Shown here piece by piece: positions 1 through 10,287 of a stretch of DNA of 64,000 nt. Position 1 is the first letter of the stretch. Each line of letters starts with the position of its first letter. The notes below the pieces were generated by a model that had not been told where the DNA came from, did no database searches, and saw only the letters and a program-made list of their open reading frames with translations. Origin of the DNA: an uncultured virus (IMG/VR IMGVR_UViG_3300020362_000001). Its lineage: Duplodnaviria > Heunggongvirae > Uroviricota > Caudoviricetes. Where the stretch lies: the IMG/VR virus record IMGVR_UViG_3300020362_000001. The stretch is one strand, 5' to 3'. The translations under genes were made by a program, and so were the position numbers.

Positions 1-3
1 GAA

Positions 4-996
4 ATGGGCAGTGGTTCATTTTATGCTTGTTTTGAAGAAGCAGTAACTACATATGGTAATGAAGTTTATTTATACCAAATAAGAAATAATTTTCTAAATT
101 TAGAAGCCACTAGTACTGGTTCAGCACATAATCAGGATGTTATAAATCCTAATTTAGGAAATATAATTAGAATAGCCGATAATTATGGCTCTGAAGCAGG
201 AGCAGGTGGTAATGTAACTTGGTATTCGGGTTCTATACCATTAACAGCTTCAGTACAGGAATACGATTTAGATGTTTGGAAAGATACTCAAAATGTTACT
301 GGTTCTATTGAAGTAAAACAAGTGTTTTATCAAAATACTCCTGCCATAGTAAGATATTTTGATCCATATGCTGGTACAGGGTATGGTTCACAACAATTAT
401 TAGATGTGTTTGGTTTTGGAAATTATTCTCCTGCTATTAATTTCTTATTAATGCCAATTTATTATGATGTATCTGTAATACAAGCCATAGAATTAAATGA
501 TACAATTAGAAAATCGGCATTTACATTTGAATTAGTTAATAATAAATTAAGAATATTCCCTATACCTAATCAGGAAGGACAATTATTCATACAATATATT
601 CAGGTTAATGATAGAAATGCTCCTACAGGATCTGATTTTGCTGGACAAAATTTAGTAACAGACATATCTAATGTACCATATGAAAATCCTACTTATCAGT
701 ATATAAATGCTCCTGGTCGTTATTGGATTTTTGAGTATACCTTAGCATTAGCTAAAGAATTATTAGGATATGTAAGAGGAAAATATCAGCAGGTGCCTAT
801 ACCTGGAGCCGAAGTTTCATTAAATCAGGGTGATTTAATTTCCGCTGCTACAACTGAAAAAGCAGCTTTAATTGAAAAACTTAGAAATGATTTAGATGAA
901 AATTCTAGAAAATTACAATTACAAAGAAAAGCAGAGGAAGCAGATGCTATGGGTAAAACTTTAGATCAAGTTCCATTACCAATTTATATAGCATAA
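4..996 (+). CDS. Neck protein (T4 gp13-like), probably truncated at the window start
   Basis: C-terminal EYTLALAKELLG..RGKY..PIPGAEVSLN resembles gp13-type neck proteins; first of a neck/neck/terminator trio. Confidence 0.65.
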   Translation: MGSGSFYACFEEAVTTYGNEVYLYQIRNNFLNLEATSTGSAHNQDVINPNLGNIIRIADNYGSEAGAGGNVTWYSGSIPLTASVQEYDLDVWKDTQNVTGSIEVKQVFYQNTPAIVRYFDPYAGTGYGSQQLLDVFGFGNYSPAINFLLMPIYYDVSVIQAIELNDTIRKSAFTFELVNNKLRIFPIPNQEGQLFIQYIQVNDRNAPTGSDFAGQNLVTDISNVPYENPTYQYINAPGRYWIFEYTLALAKELLGYVRGKYQQVPIPGAEVSLNQGDLISAATTEKAALIEKLRNDLDENSRKLQLQRKAEEADAMGKTLDQVPLPIYIA

Positions 997-997
997 T

Positions 998-1489
998 ATG
1001 GCACTATATGGAAGAAATAAGGATGCTTTACTTATACAAGGATTAAATAAAGAACTCCTTCATAATATTATTGAACAACAGGTAGGATATTACAAGCCTG
1101 TTTTAGAAAACACTCCTGCTAACATATATGGAGAAGCGCAAAATAAAACATGGTTAGGCCCTGTTTTACTTAAATGTTTACTGGATAGAGGTGAACAAGA
1201 AGTAGTAAATGATGATTTTGGGGTTGATAGAAATAGACCTTTAACAGTAAGATTTATAAGAAAAGATTTAGTTGATGCTAATATAGTTCCTGAAATAGGA
1301 GATGCTATATTATGGAATGAAGACTATTATGAAGTAGATAATTTAGTAGAAAATCAATTATTAGTAGGAAAAGATCCATTATATCCTTATAGTGATACAG
1401 TAGATGATTTTGGAGCAAGTTTATCTATAATAATAACATGTCATTATACAAGACCAGAAAGATTAGGAATTAAAGAACAACGTATATAA
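998..1489 (+). CDS. Head closure/neck protein (gp14-like)
   Basis: NIYGE and PEIGD..YYEV motifs; synteny after gp13-like gene. Confidence 0.55.
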   Translation: MALYGRNKDALLIQGLNKELLHNIIEQQVGYYKPVLENTPANIYGEAQNKTWLGPVLLKCLLDRGEQEVVNDDFGVDRNRPLTVRFIRKDLVDANIVPEIGDAILWNEDYYEVDNLVENQLLVGKDPLYPYSDTVDDFGASLSIIITCHYTRPERLGIKEQRI

Positions 1490-2364
1490 TGGAATTTAAA
1501 CCTAGACCATATACTAAAAGAGAGTTTTTGTCCAAGCTACAAAAACCTTATGTAAATCCTGATACTAAGGAAGAGGTATTACCTAAACAAGCTCCTCCCT
1601 CATTACCCTTAAAACCCGGTCAACCTGAAATTAATAGAGCATTAGAGGTATCTTTAAAGGATGATGATAAAAATAAAACTATATCTATAGGTTTAAAAGA
1701 TATAGATAGTGCTATTTTATTTTACTTAGAAAATGTAATAAAGCCTACTATAACTCAAAATGATAGGAGATTATCTGTACCTATAATATATGGTTCTCCA
1801 GAAAGATGGAAATCAATGCAAGCGGATGGTTTCTACAGGGATAAAAATGGTAAAACAATGGTACCCCTTGTAATGTTCAAAAGAGATAGTTTTACTAAAA
1901 ATAATACTATAGGAAATAAATTAGATGGTAATAAAGTAAATAATTTAAAATATTTTGAAACTGGATATTCTAAAAGGAATATTTACGATAATTTTAATGT
2001 ATTACAAAATCAAAAAAGACAAAAAGAATATATTTTAGGTATCATTCCTGATTATATAGATATAACATATAGTATGTCCATTTTTACTGATTATGTAGAA
2101 CAGGCAAATGAAATTACTGAAGCTGTAGAATTTGCAGCTCGCTCATATTGGGGTGACCCTGAAAGATTTATGTTTAGAGCTAATATAGATACATTTAATA
2201 CCCCAGTATTATTAGAAAATGGAAGTGATAGGGCAAATAGAACAACAATGAATGTTTTAGTTAATGGATATATTATACCTAGTGGTATTAATGCTGCAAT
2301 GGCAGGACCTAGTCCTAAATCATATAATGTTACTAAAACTGTATTTAAAGAAACAATAATCTAA
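1489..2364 (+). CDS. Tail terminator/sheath stabiliser (gp15-like)
   Basis: VPIIYGSPERW and PDYIDITY motifs; synteny. Confidence 0.55.
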   Translation: MEFKPRPYTKREFLSKLQKPYVNPDTKEEVLPKQAPPSLPLKPGQPEINRALEVSLKDDDKNKTISIGLKDIDSAILFYLENVIKPTITQNDRRLSVPIIYGSPERWKSMQADGFYRDKNGKTMVPLVMFKRDSFTKNNTIGNKLDGNKVNNLKYFETGYSKRNIYDNFNVLQNQKRQKEYILGIIPDYIDITYSMSIFTDYVEQANEITEAVEFAARSYWGDPERFMFRANIDTFNTPVLLENGSDRANRTTMNVLVNGYIIPSGINAAMAGPSPKSYNVTKTVFKETII

Positions 2365-2368
2365 TATA

Positions 2369-2375
2369 TATTTAT
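2369..2375 (+). promoter_or_regulatory. Putative late promoter TATTTAT (representative; also 6441, 8666, 9896, 10277, 12081, 13881, 14455, 16414, 18632, 25900, 30667, 41276, 52497, 58573 and 33783-33789 on the minus strand)
   Basis: Same heptamer recurs in most intergenic gaps just upstream of virion genes. Confidence 0.65.
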
Positions 2376-2380
2376 TATAT

Positions 2381-4099
2381 ATGGCAACAATAAGTACTTC
2401 AGGAATAGCAAGTGGTAGTGTAATAGAACCTTCCCACATTTTAAGACCAATAGAAGCCTTAAATGGTGAAACAGGACCTTTTGATATTACTATATCAGGG
2501 TCATTAAATGCATCAGGTAGTTTTAGAATAGCTACCTCTAGTATAGTACAAGTTTCTAATCATGCTGTGGTATTAGCATATGATACAGCATCGGGAGATG
2601 TTCGCCATACTAGCCATACATCAGGTACATCAGGTACATCGGGAACTAGTGGAACATCAGGAGCAGATGGGGCAGCTGGTACATCAGGTACTTCAGGTAA
2701 TAGTGGTACAAGTGGTTCCTCAGGAAGTTCAGGTACTTCGGGTACAAATGGTACATCAGGTTCCTCAGGTTCTTCAGGATCTTCTGGTTCAAGTGGAAGT
2801 CTTTATAAATCCACTTCTTCAAGTGGTATTTCAATAGCAACTGGAGGTATTAGTGTAACTATAGGTACAGGTTTAGCTTATGTAGCAGGTAATTTTATTA
2901 CTTTTGTTTCTACAGCAAATTCAGCTAATAATGTAACAGGTACAATAACAGCTTATAATTCTGGGAATGGAGCAATAAGTGTTACTGTAACCAAAACTAA
3001 TGGTAGTGGTACTTTTAGTAGTTGGAATGTAGATTTGGCTGGCCAACCAGGTTCGGATGGTTCAGATGGAGTAAGTGGTACATCAGGTACATCAGGTACT
3101 TCAGGTACAAATGGTAGTTCGGGTTCATCGGGGACTTCAGGTACAAATGGTAGTTCAGGTAGTTCAGGAAGTTCTGGTAGTTCGGGTACTTCAGGGGAAT
3201 TTGCACCCACAGGTTCTTCGGAAATATCTGGTTCGATAATTATTACAGGTAGTTCTACATTGGCTTTTAGAGTATCAGGTAGTAGTGCTTTTACAGGAAG
3301 TTTATTTGTAAGTGGAGCTGTATCCTCAAGTGCTGGATTTAGTGGTTCATTCCAAGGTGATGGTTCCAGTTTATCTGCAGTATCAGCAATTTCATCTTCT
3401 ACAGCAGTATTAGCCCAAACATCTTCTGTTGCTACAAGAGCTAATGGATTAGCTTCTACAGTTACGGCAAGTTACGCGGACAAAGCAGATGAGGCAGTAA
3501 CATCAAATGTAATTCCTGTAACAGTAGTTGATGATGGAGGAAATAAATATGCATTTAATGGAGTAACTGCTCCAAAATTATCACTTAATAAAGGAGAATT
3601 ATATAGATTTGATCTATCAGATTCAACTAATGGTGGGCATCCATTTGCATTTAGACTACCAGATGATACTTCCTATACAGTGGGTGTAACTACAGTTGGT
3701 AGTGCAGGTAGCGCTGGTGCATATGTTGATTTTGATGTCAATTTCGCAACATCAGCTTCTTTAAAATATTATTGTACATCCCATGGTAATGGAATGGGTA
3801 ATTTAATTACAGTTATAGATTCACACAATTCAATAACTACTGGATCTTTTACTGGTTCATTCGCAGGAGATGGTTCAAATTTAACTAAAGTAGTACCTAC
3901 TACTGGTTCTACATCTATAAGTGGATCAATAGAAATCTCAGGTTCGGCATTTATAAGCTCATCACATGTATTAGCATTAGCACCATCTCATCCATTACCA
4001 ACAAGTGGAATAGGCTCTGGTTCATTAGCCGTAACAGGTTCAAATTTAGCATTTTATGATGGTCATCAATGGAAAAAAGTAACTATCGGAGCTTTCTAG
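2381..4099 (+). CDS. Tail fibre/virion protein with (G-S/T-S)n tracts and a cupredoxin-like module
   Basis: SGTSGS repeats; GHPF..YYCTSHGNGMG; segments shared with other fibre genes. Confidence 0.7.
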   Translation: MATISTSGIASGSVIEPSHILRPIEALNGETGPFDITISGSLNASGSFRIATSSIVQVSNHAVVLAYDTASGDVRHTSHTSGTSGTSGTSGTSGADGAAGTSGTSGNSGTSGSSGSSGTSGTNGTSGSSGSSGSSGSSGSLYKSTSSSGISIATGGISVTIGTGLAYVAGNFITFVSTANSANNVTGTITAYNSGNGAISVTVTKTNGSGTFSSWNVDLAGQPGSDGSDGVSGTSGTSGTSGTNGSSGSSGTSGTNGSSGSSGSSGSSGTSGEFAPTGSSEISGSIIITGSSTLAFRVSGSSAFTGSLFVSGAVSSSAGFSGSFQGDGSSLSAVSAISSSTAVLAQTSSVATRANGLASTVTASYADKADEAVTSNVIPVTVVDDGGNKYAFNGVTAPKLSLNKGELYRFDLSDSTNGGHPFAFRLPDDTSYTVGVTTVGSAGSAGAYVDFDVNFATSASLKYYCTSHGNGMGNLITVIDSHNSITTGSFTGSFAGDGSNLTKVVPTTGSTSISGSIEISGSAFISSSHVLALAPSHPLPTSGIGSGSLAVTGSNLAFYDGHQWKKVTIGAF

Positions 4100-4130
4100 G
4101 ATTAAATTAAAAAGGTTATTATATTATAGT

Positions 4131-6440
4131 ATGAATATCCAAGCTCATACGAGTTTTATAGGTACAACTGGTTATGCTAATCATGCGCAATCTTTTTTTA
4201 CAGAATTAGATAAATTAACACCTGTTAAGGTTAGAAATTTTACTGTAGGAAAATCTTGGAGTGGAATTAGTAATACTCCTCATAATAAAGAACCTTATAT
4301 AACACCGCAAATGAAAAAAATGCTTCATTTGCAAACTTTATGGGATGGTCATCATGAAAGATATGATAGTCCTATATATTATCATAAAAATGATTATATA
4401 TCTGATATAGATATAATATTAGAAGAACATGATCATCATTATTTTTATGATGCTTATGATGGATACAGAATAGGTTATAATGTTTGGGAATCTACAAGAT
4501 ATTCAGAACAATTTTTTCAACAATTACTTACTTTAGATGAATTATGGGTACCTACTCAGTGGCAAAAACAAATTTCCATTAAACAAGGATACCCAGCTAA
4601 TAAAATATTTGTAATACCTGAAGGAGTAGATGGTAGAACCTTTAAACCTACTTCTAGACCTCAGAAAAAAAATAAATTTACTTTTATAATAGTAGGTAGA
4701 TGGGATTATAGAAAAGGAGTTAAAGAAAGTATAGAAGGTTTTTTAAAAGCATTTCCTAATAATGATGAAGTAGAATTATTATTAAATGTTGAAAATCCTT
4801 ATCCTGTAGATGGTATGAATTCTACGGAGGAAAGATTAAAGCATTATAATTTAGAGGATCCCAGAATTAAAATCTTAAAGTTTTTAGATAGGAAACAATA
4901 TATTAAATTATTACAAAATGCAAATGTACTAATATCATGTGCTAGATCGGAAGGGTGGAATTTACCTTTAATTGAGGCATTAGCTTGTGGAACTCCATCA
5001 ATTTATACTAAATGTTCAGGTCAATTAGAATTTACAGAAAATAAAGGATTAGGAGTAGATATTTTAGGTGAAGAACCTGCCACTAATAATCAAAATTTAT
5101 CATATGAACATAATATACCTGGTAATTTTTATACTCCCGATACTAAAGATTTAGTTAAAAAAATAAAAGATTCATATAATAATTATAATCTTTGGAAAAA
5201 ATGGCATTTACAACGTTCTAAAGTTATAAGGGATGAATTTTCTTGGAAAAATCAAGCTAAAAAAGCATATAATAGATTATTACAAATAGAATTAAAACCT
5301 AAAAATACAAAACCTCGATTAGAAGTTAATTTTGTAGATGGGCCCTATGCATGTTTAAGAAATGCTAAACAAGCTTATAAAGTAGAGTTTGTAAATCAAG
5401 ATACAGGTAAAATAGAATATGAAACCGAATTAAAAAATGACCATTGGGGAAAAACATTCCATAGGTATTTTATTAATTGGGAAATAAGAGTTAAAGATAA
5501 TTTTGGAAATATTATTATTTCTCATAAGTATAATGCTACAGGTAAAAGAGTATTAATAGAATTAGGTTCTAAATCTTTAGGAGATACTTTAGCATGGTTT
5601 CCTTATGTCCAAGAATTCAAAAATAAACATAATTGTAATGTTATAGTTTCTACTTTTTGGAATAAATTTTTTGAAAAAAAATACCCAGATCTAGAATTTG
5701 TAACACCGGGTTCTACTATTCCTAATTTATATGCAATGTATGAAGTAGGTTGGTTTTATAATGATGAAACAGATAAATTAGATGGATTTAAACAACCATT
5801 TGATCCTAAATCTTATACTTTGCAACAAACAGCTACTAATATTTTAGGTTTAGAATATAAAGAAATTATTCCTAAAATAGATTATAAAATTAGTAAACGT
5901 CCTATTAAAGAAAAATATGTTTGTATTTCACCTCATGCATCAGCTGGTGCCAAATATTGGCAACATCCTACGGGGTGGCAAGATATTATTAACTATTTAA
6001 ACAATAATGGTTATAAAGTAGTACTAATATCTAAGGAAAAACATAATGATAATTGGGAAAATCGAAAATTACCATTAGGAAAACCATTTAAAAATATAAT
6101 AGATAAAACTGGAAATATTCCCATGAATGATATTATTAATTTAATACATCATTCGGAATTATATATAGGTGTTTCTAGTGGTTTAGCCTGGTTATCTTGG
6201 GCTTTAAAAAAGCAAGTAGTAATGATATCAGGATTTAGTTCTGATTGGACAGAATTTACTACTAATATAGAAAGAATTATTAATAAAGATGTGTGTAATT
6301 CATGTTTTAATAATTTTAAATTAGATGCTTCTGATTGGGATTGGTGCCCAGTCCATAAAGATACTTCACGCCAATTTGAATGTACTAAAAAAATATTACC
6401 CGAAACTGTAATAGAGGGCATTACTCGTAGTCTTGTTTAA
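4131..6440 (+). CDS. Fusion glycosyltransferase: N-terminal GT4-like plus C-terminal Aah/TibC-like protein O-glycosyltransferase domain
   Basis: SEGWNLPLIEALACGTP (GT4); SKSLGDTLAWFPY, IGVSSGLAWLSWA, VVMISGFS and C-x2-C...WCP...FEC cysteine cluster typical of the TibC/Aah family. Confidence 0.8.
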   Translation: MNIQAHTSFIGTTGYANHAQSFFTELDKLTPVKVRNFTVGKSWSGISNTPHNKEPYITPQMKKMLHLQTLWDGHHERYDSPIYYHKNDYISDIDIILEEHDHHYFYDAYDGYRIGYNVWESTRYSEQFFQQLLTLDELWVPTQWQKQISIKQGYPANKIFVIPEGVDGRTFKPTSRPQKKNKFTFIIVGRWDYRKGVKESIEGFLKAFPNNDEVELLLNVENPYPVDGMNSTEERLKHYNLEDPRIKILKFLDRKQYIKLLQNANVLISCARSEGWNLPLIEALACGTPSIYTKCSGQLEFTENKGLGVDILGEEPATNNQNLSYEHNIPGNFYTPDTKDLVKKIKDSYNNYNLWKKWHLQRSKVIRDEFSWKNQAKKAYNRLLQIELKPKNTKPRLEVNFVDGPYACLRNAKQAYKVEFVNQDTGKIEYETELKNDHWGKTFHRYFINWEIRVKDNFGNIIISHKYNATGKRVLIELGSKSLGDTLAWFPYVQEFKNKHNCNVIVSTFWNKFFEKKYPDLEFVTPGSTIPNLYAMYEVGWFYNDETDKLDGFKQPFDPKSYTLQQTATNILGLEYKEIIPKIDYKISKRPIKEKYVCISPHASAGAKYWQHPTGWQDIINYLNNNGYKVVLISKEKHNDNWENRKLPLGKPFKNIIDKTGNIPMNDIINLIHHSELYIGVSSGLAWLSWALKKQVVMISGFSSDWTEFTTNIERIINKDVCNSCFNNFKLDASDWDWCPVHKDTSRQFECTKKILPETVIEGITRSLV

Positions 6441-6482
6441 TATTTATTAGGGATAACCCTAGGTAAACCCAAATAACGTTAA

Positions 6483-8294
6483 ATGGCTACAATAAGTACC
6501 TCAGGCATTGCAAGTGGAAGTATAATCCGCGCCGAACATGTTTTAAGAGTCATAGAATCCCTTTCAGGAGATGACGCGAATGATATATTAATTTCAGGTT
6601 CAGTTGGTATAACTGGAAGTTTTACTATTACAAGTGGTAGTATAACTAAAACAGAAGCCGCTCCTATGCTACTAGCATATAACACTAGTAGTGGTGCTGT
6701 AACTTTTTCTGATAGATCATCAACTTCTGGTACATCAGGTACCTCAGGATCATCAGGTTCATCAGGTACATCCGGATCATCTGGTACTTCAGGTACATCG
6801 GGTTCTTCAGGTAGCTCAGGATCATCAGGTACATCAGGTTCTTCAGGTACTTCAGGTACAAATGGTACATCTGGTACTTCGGGACAAGATGGTCACCTTT
6901 ATAAATCAACTTCTTCAACCAACTTAACTATAGGTACAGGTACTAAAACCTTTACTACAGGTACTGGCTTGGCCTTTTTAGTGGGAATGCATGCTATTAT
7001 TATAGATGCTAGTAATGCAGATAATTATATGACTGGTGAAGTTACAGCATATAATTCCGGTACTGGGGCCATGACCCTTAATGTTGTTGTAATAGGAGGA
7101 TCGGGAACTAAAAGTAGTTGGAATGTTAATTTAACAGGTGAATATGGTACTAATGGTACTTCAGGTTCATCTGGTACTTCAGGACAATTTCCACCAACTG
7201 GTTCTACAGAAATATCTGGTTCTTTAAATATTACCGGTAGTAATGCTCCTGCTTTTAGAATTAGTGGTAGTAGTACTTTTACAGGTAGTTTATTTACTAG
7301 TGGAAGTAACATTTCAACTGGAAGTTTAATAACCAGTGGTAGTAATATAACTACGGGTAGTTTTATAGTTAGTGGAAGTAATACTTTATCAGGTAGTTTC
7401 CTACAAAGTGGAAGCACCCAAATTACAGGTTCTACTCTTTTATCAGGTTCACTACTTTTAACAGGTAGTAGTGCTTTAGCTTTAAGGGTAAGTGGTAGCA
7501 CAGCTTTAACAGGTAGTTTGTTTGTAAGTGGAACAATAAGTGGTTCATTTATTGGTAATGGTTCTGGATTAACAGGTGTAGCATCACCAACGGGTTCATA
7601 TACGGGATCATTTACAGGTAGTTTCCTTTCACATACTGCTTCTTTTAAAAATGGTGCTACAGTAAGTGGGAGTTTATTACAAAGTGGTAGTACACAAATT
7701 ACTGGTTCTACTTTATTATCTGGATCTTTATTATTAACAGGTAGTAGTGCTTTAGCATTAAGAGTAACTGGTAGTACAGCGCTAACTGGAAGTTTATTTG
7801 TTAGTGGAGCAGTATCATCAAGTGTAGGATTTAGTGGTTCATATATTGGAGATGGTTCACAGTTAACTGGAATATCAGCAGGTGGATTCCCACATACTGG
7901 TTCAGCAGCTATTAGTGGTACTTTAAATATAACAGGTTCGGGTGTTACTGCCGTAGATGTTTCAGGAACATTATTAGTTTCTGGTTCGGCATTTGTACAA
8001 TCATTAACAGAAACATCAGCTTTAAGATATAAAAAAGATATTGAGGAAATGGACAGTCAATTAAATACTGTTTATAACTTAAGACCTGTAGATTTTACTT
8101 GGAAAGCTAATGATGAAGAAGATAAAGGTTTAATAGCTGAAGAAGTACAATTGTTATACCCAGAATTTGTAACATTAAACGAAGACGGTACTACTCAAGG
8201 TATAAAATATAGTAAATTAGTATCTGTACTAGTAAAAAGTATTCAAGAATTAAAAGACGAAGTAGAGATACTTAAGGCAAAAGTAAATGGCTAA
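6483..8294 (+). CDS. Tail fibre with Gly-Ser-Thr repeats and C-terminal intramolecular chaperone (peptidase S74-like)
   Basis: ETSALRYKKDI..LRPVDFTWK..GLIAEEV followed by coiled coil; N-terminus shared with 2381 gene. Confidence 0.8.
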   Translation: MATISTSGIASGSIIRAEHVLRVIESLSGDDANDILISGSVGITGSFTITSGSITKTEAAPMLLAYNTSSGAVTFSDRSSTSGTSGTSGSSGSSGTSGSSGTSGTSGSSGSSGSSGTSGSSGTSGTNGTSGTSGQDGHLYKSTSSTNLTIGTGTKTFTTGTGLAFLVGMHAIIIDASNADNYMTGEVTAYNSGTGAMTLNVVVIGGSGTKSSWNVNLTGEYGTNGTSGSSGTSGQFPPTGSTEISGSLNITGSNAPAFRISGSSTFTGSLFTSGSNISTGSLITSGSNITTGSFIVSGSNTLSGSFLQSGSTQITGSTLLSGSLLLTGSSALALRVSGSTALTGSLFVSGTISGSFIGNGSGLTGVASPTGSYTGSFTGSFLSHTASFKNGATVSGSLLQSGSTQITGSTLLSGSLLLTGSSALALRVTGSTALTGSLFVSGAVSSSVGFSGSYIGDGSQLTGISAGGFPHTGSAAISGTLNITGSGVTAVDVSGTLLVSGSAFVQSLTETSALRYKKDIEEMDSQLNTVYNLRPVDFTWKANDEEDKGLIAEEVQLLYPEFVTLNEDGTTQGIKYSKLVSVLVKSIQELKDEVEILKAKVNG

Positions 8295-8664
8295 AAATGT
8301 TAGAATAGTACCTGCATCAGGTTCTATCTTCTTTACAGCAGACGGCTTTGATGTTACTGGTTCAGTTAGATTACAAACAGTAGGAAGTACAGAAGATGTA
8401 CAATTTATAGATGGTAAAACTAATGAATCTATAATTTTAATCCATAAAGATGCTGCTAGAGTAGGTATAGGATTAACATCTGCATCTGCTAAATTAGAAG
8501 TTTCTTCTTCCGTAAATGAAACCCCATTTATAGTTAGTACCCCAAGTAGTAGTTTAAAAATAAATAAAGAAGGTATTTTAGAAATATCCGAATATAGTGG
8601 AGTAGCTACTCCAGTAGACGGAGGTTTAATATATAGTGCATCACAATTCTTTGTTGGAATTTAA
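8287..8664 (+). CDS. Small fibre-associated virion protein
   Basis: RVGIG..SAKLEV repeat typical of fibres; position. Confidence 0.5.
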   Translation: MAKNVRIVPASGSIFFTADGFDVTGSVRLQTVGSTEDVQFIDGKTNESIILIHKDAARVGIGLTSASAKLEVSSSVNETPFIVSTPSSSLKINKEGILEISEYSGVATPVDGGLIYSASQFFVGI

Positions 8665-8694
8665 ATATTTATTAATATAATCAAATTATAGGAT

Positions 8695-9672
8695 ATGCCA
8701 AGTTGGAAAAAAGTAATTGTTTCAGGATCCAATGCTGAATTAAATGATTTAAGTGTAGCAAAGGCTTCAGGTTCTTTTTCAGGTTCATATCAAGGTGATG
8801 GTTCTAATATAACTGCTGTTACAGCAATTTCTTCCTCAACAGCTATATTAGCACAAACTGCTTCAGTAGCTACAAGAGCAAACGCTTTAGCACCTACAGT
8901 AACCGCCACATCTGCTTCCACAGCAGTATTAGCACAAACGGCTTCAGTAGCTATATCCGCTGATACAGCTTCAGTTGCTACTAGAGCTAATGGTTTAGCC
9001 CCTACAGTAACAGCCTCTCAAGCCGATGATGCCACAACAGCTTCATTTGCATCTACTGGTGATGGTAAATTTAGTGGTTCATTTAGTGGTTCATTTCAAG
9101 GTGATGGTTCAAGTTTATCAGGAATTGCAACTACATTAACTATAGATGCAGATTCAGGAGGTACATCCACAGTTGCATTAAGTTCTCAAACATTTGATAT
9201 TGCAGGTACTAGTAATGAAATAGAAACTACTGTATCGGGACAAACAGTAACAGTAGGATTACCTAATGATGTAACTATAGGTCAAGATATAACAATTACT
9301 AGAGATGCTATAGTTAATAGAAACTTAACAGTTCAAGGTACTGCTTCATTCCAGAATACAACAGATTTGGATATTGCAGATAGATTTATTAGATTAGCGT
9401 CTGGTTCAAATGCAGTAGGAGAAGGAGGTTTTGTAGTACAACAAGGTTCTGATGGTAGAGGTGTAGCATTTGCTTATGATGTTAACACTTTAAGATTTGG
9501 TTCTACAAGCTCATTTGATGCTACTCAAAATTTAATTGAACCCGATACATTTTTTGTAAATGTAGTAGAAGGAGGAAGCGGTGATAATGACCCTACAGAT
9601 ACTGTTAGTAGGTATACTAAAAAGGGTAATTTATTTGTAGCAAATAATGGTGATATTTACATATATTCGTAA
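8695..9672 (+). CDS. Tail fibre-related virion protein
   Basis: Ala/Ser/Thr-rich; GSFSGSFQGDGS and TAVLAQTASVATRA modules shared with fibre genes. Confidence 0.6.
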   Translation: MPSWKKVIVSGSNAELNDLSVAKASGSFSGSYQGDGSNITAVTAISSSTAILAQTASVATRANALAPTVTATSASTAVLAQTASVAISADTASVATRANGLAPTVTASQADDATTASFASTGDGKFSGSFSGSFQGDGSSLSGIATTLTIDADSGGTSTVALSSQTFDIAGTSNEIETTVSGQTVTVGLPNDVTIGQDITITRDAIVNRNLTVQGTASFQNTTDLDIADRFIRLASGSNAVGEGGFVVQQGSDGRGVAFAYDVNTLRFGSTSSFDATQNLIEPDTFFVNVVEGGSGDNDPTDTVSRYTKKGNLFVANNGDIYIYS

Positions 9673-9691
9673 TTTTTTCAAAAAAATATTT

Positions 9692-9895
9692 ATGGGTTTT
9701 AAAGCAAATAGTTTACAAGTTAAGGAGGATACAAGAAAATATTCTAAACCACAAACTGAAGATCTATTACTAAATAAAGATGATCTTGAATTCTTATTAG
9801 GTTTAGTAAAAAATTCTACTTTTAAAGGAGAACAAATTGAAATGATATATAATTTAACTTCTAAACTCCAAAAGGCGTATTTAGAAATAGATTAA
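9692..9895 (+). CDS. Hypothetical protein (ATG 9692 preferred over track start)
   Basis: ORF fills the gap; ATG follows the previous stop. Confidence 0.5.
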   Translation: MGFKANSLQVKEDTRKYSKPQTEDLLLNKDDLEFLLGLVKNSTFKGEQIEMIYNLTSKLQKAYLEID

Positions 9896-9908
9896 TATTT
9901 ATATCAAA

Positions 9909-9961
9909 TATTATTGGCCCCTAGGGGAAGTGGGCAGGCAAACCTGTAACCAACCGTAATA
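9909..9961 (+). ncRNA. Candidate structured 5' leader (three-way junction)
   Basis: GC-rich island: TTGG/CCAA closing stem with CCCC/GGGG and CAGG-CAAA-CCTG hairpins. Confidence 0.5.
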
Positions 9962-9968
9962 GAACATA

Positions 9969-10265
9969 ATGCCTAGTTGGAAAAAACTTATTGTAAGTGG
10001 TTCAAACGCCACTGTATCTTCACTTTTTGTTGCTAATCAAGTAACAGGCTCTTCTTTTACAGGTTCATTTACAGGTTCTTATAGTGGTGATGGTTCCAAT
10101 CTTACAGGAATTAGTGTTATAGGTTCTAGTAATCCTTCTACATTTACATCTAATTTTACTACTACGGCTGGTACTTTCACTAGATTATTAGGTGATATAA
10201 CTATAAATGATGGTGTTACATTTACTGTAACAGCGGGATCATTTGTAAAAATAGAAGAATTTTAA
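9969..10265 (+). CDS. Short fibre-related protein
   Basis: N-terminus MPSWKKLIVSGS shared with 8695 gene. Confidence 0.6.
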   Translation: MPSWKKLIVSGSNATVSSLFVANQVTGSSFTGSFTGSYSGDGSNLTGISVIGSSNPSTFTSNFTTTAGTFTRLLGDITINDGVTFTVTAGSFVKIEEF

Positions 10266-10287
10266 TGTATAGTAAATATTTATATAT

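Noticed and set aside
2618..2800. 9-bp periodic repeats as a CRISPR array or VNTR
   Set aside because: No repeat-spacer structure; variation is synonymous within a coding frame
2580..3210. Alternate-frame and antisense ORFs (QVHQV, PELPEL, YLKYL repeats; also 6685-7501)
   Set aside because: Shadows of the Ser-Gly-Thr codon repeats in the fibre genes
6448..6461. TAGGGATAAC resembling the start of an I-SceI site
   Set aside because: Only a partial match; better explained as a small TAGGG/CCCTA leader hairpin
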